The notes under the pieces were generated by a model. The model did not search any database, had not been told where the DNA came from, and saw only the letters and a program-made list of their open reading frames with translations. DNA of 63,845 nt, counting the filler, from Lama guanicoe (Eukaryota), in NCBI GenBank assembly GCA_013239625.1. It is 159 parts of 159 records of this genome, joined end to end, with 100 filler letters (N's around TTAATTAATTAA, not from the genome) between each part and the next. Parts side by side here need not be neighbours in the genome. Positions count along the whole stretch, not along the records: positions 61,528 to 61,830 come from PNXV01054686.1; positions 61,931 to 62,233 come from PNXV01054687.1; positions 62,334 to 62,636 come from PNXV01054688.1; positions 62,737 to 63,039 come from PNXV01054689.1; positions 63,140 to 63,442 come from PNXV01054690.1; positions 63,543 to 63,845 come from PNXV01054691.1; 153 more parts are not named here. One strand, written 5' to 3'. Shown piece by piece: positions 61,428 through 63,845 of this stretch (its first letter is position 1; each line of letters opens with the position of its first letter). The position numbers were made by a program, and so were the translations under genes.

Positions 61428-62736
61428 NNNNNNNNNNNNNNNNNNNNNNNNNNNNNNNNNNNNNNNNNNNNTTAATTAATTAANNNNNNNNNNNNNNNNN
61501 NNNNNNNNNNNNNNNNNNNNNNNNNNNAGACTTCTATTGAATATTTTAAAATCACAACTGTAAAACTGCTGTATGAAGGATATTTCTGTAACATATTTTG
61601 GGTTATAAAGTTATTTTACACACATATAATAAAAGCCTCTCCTTCTGGCATGTTTCTTCACCTAGTGGGTAACATTTAGGGGGCTTTTGATGCTAATAAA
61701 GTTCAAGAAAGAATACATAAAAGAAGAATACTTTATCAATCAATGTTTTGGACATATAAATATAATAATTTTATGGAAATTAACTAGCAAACTTATGAAC
61801 TACTGGCCAATAGAGCACTTAGAAAATGTTNNNNNNNNNNNNNNNNNNNNNNNNNNNNNNNNNNNNNNNNNNNNTTAATTAATTAANNNNNNNNNNNNNN
61901 NNNNNNNNNNNNNNNNNNNNNNNNNNNNNNACACATACATTATAAAAACATGTGAGTTTGATGAATTTGAGGAACGTTCCAGAGTTTGAGCTTCAAGTAT
62001 TTTTATGTGATTTTCTAAGAGGTAATTAATTTCTGGCACAAAATATGGCATTATCTAAAACCACTGGCAGGATTGTCTGTCATTTTGGCTTATTTGACTT
62101 TTGTCACATAGCTATCAGCTAGGACCCAGTGAGTTTGAATATTTTAAAAAGCACTTCTGATTAGAAAACATCAGGAAGAAACATTGAATATTTGTGTTCA
62201 CGACTCTGGTATCATTATTGTAATGTGCTATTTNNNNNNNNNNNNNNNNNNNNNNNNNNNNNNNNNNNNNNNNNNNNTTAATTAATTAANNNNNNNNNNN
62301 NNNNNNNNNNNNNNNNNNNNNNNNNNNNNNNNNTCTAAAAGTCGCTCACATTTCCCTTTTGCTTTATACCGTTACACTGTTTTATAAAGATCACCAGCAT
62401 CATAAATTCTGATTATATGATAATCAGCTTTAATACAAATCTGCCAAGAGGAAATGTGATACATAGTATCAAGTTTGCCCTTTTCCAATGAAACCAACTT
62501 TATTGCCATTTTTGAAAGTAAGCACAAAGTGTTTATGTAAGTGTAAAAATGGGATGAAGATGAATAAATGGAATAGGTAACCTTTTATATATATCTTTCA
62601 ATTGTATTTGCAGTAAGTGACACATTTTTTTCCTTTNNNNNNNNNNNNNNNNNNNNNNNNNNNNNNNNNNNNNNNNNNNNTTAATTAATTAANNNNNNNN
62701 NNNNNNNNNNNNNNNNNNNNNNNNNNNNNNNNNNNN

Positions 62737-63039
62737 AGTAAGTGTTTCTCCTTCAACCCGTTCCCTTTGTGCTGCATGAACGAACTTCTCTCCACCTGCT
62801 CAGTTCTGAGAGATATTTGTGTGTGAAAGCCGTCCTTCCCCTAGCCTGAGTGGAATACAAAGTTTCTCTTCAGTTGCCAACTCTACTCCTTACATATGTA
62901 TGGGGATTCACAAGCTCCTACTCGGTTTTATAGTAAAAAGTGCAGGCACTTCAAATCTGAACTAGGAAAGAGAGTGAGAAACCAGAGTATGTGTTTCTCC
63001 TGCAACCCGTTCACTTTGTGTTGGATGAACGAACGTCTC
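62737..63039. repeat. Candidate satellite, 249-bp period
   Basis: The first 54 bp (62737) recur at 62986 with a few substitutions. Confidence 0.75.
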
Positions 63040-63845
63040 NNNNNNNNNNNNNNNNNNNNNNNNNNNNNNNNNNNNNNNNNNNNTTAATTAATTAANNNNN
63101 NNNNNNNNNNNNNNNNNNNNNNNNNNNNNNNNNNNNNNNGCTGTGAAAGGCGGGACTGACAGCCCACACTCAGCTTGCTGGCGATTGTTGGGACCGGGCA
63201 GCAGATACTTCTCTGAGCTCACTACCACATTCGGAACAAACTCAGGGGAAAGAGGCCCACATCTGGGCATACCCTAGGGAAAATACAGAACTATAAGGAT
63301 AAAGAGGAGAAAAAAACATTTCACAAGTGCCCAGAGAAAAGAGTAATAGAAATCAAGCTGACTTTAGACCGACCTGTTCTCTGCAACAGAGAGTCTGTAT
63401 CTACTGAACTTATCAGATTAGAACACCAGGGAGGGTTTTTGTNNNNNNNNNNNNNNNNNNNNNNNNNNNNNNNNNNNNNNNNNNNNTTAATTAATTAANN
63501 NNNNNNNNNNNNNNNNNNNNNNNNNNNNNNNNNNNNNNNNNNTGCCCCAGGTTCGTGGATCACTTGTTTTCAAGTCAGTGGGTTCCTGAGAAGCAGGCAC
63601 AGTGCAGTCAGGAGGCGGGGTCTGTGGGGAGGGGTGCTGCCCCAGGGGGACCAGGTGGACTTGCTCCCGTCTCCCCCAGGGCCAGACATGGGGAAGGCCT
63701 CTGCTGCACCAGGTTTGCAGGACGCATGTCATGTCAGCCTGTACCTGGGAGGAAGGCTCAGTGTACTCAGGGCAGCCTAAGTGGCTGATAAGGATATTAG
63801 AAGTGGGCTCTAGCCCAGCATAACTAACTCTCCTTTCTTCTCTTG

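Overview
This is not a contiguous locus. It is an artificial concatemer of about 159 unplaced short contigs (about 301, then 302, then 303 bp, i.e. length-sorted). Each is joined by an identical 100-bp linker, N44-TTAATTAATTAA-N44, which has stop codons in all six frames. The DNA is mammalian and most likely camelid (Vic-1-like tRNA-derived SINEs, artiodactyl-type L1 3' ends). Most contigs are non-coding or fragments of L1, L2, MIR, MLT/ERV LTRs and DNA transposons (Tigger1, MER20), so most of the ORF track is noise. Orphan exons recognised: LIPG (catalytic-His exon, with an unusual R>Q), CACNA1B (with its NAGNAG acceptor), AKR1C exon 1 plus promoter, PLEKHH2 (MyTH4) and a doubly frameshifted PRSS39/40-like protease tail. 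There are also several unassigned exons, candidate satellites (42, about 123 and 249 bp) and a pair of de Bruijn bubble arms. I found no evidence of a novel multi-gene system, and adjacency between contigs carries no biological meaning. All family and gene calls come from recalled consensus sequences, not database searches.
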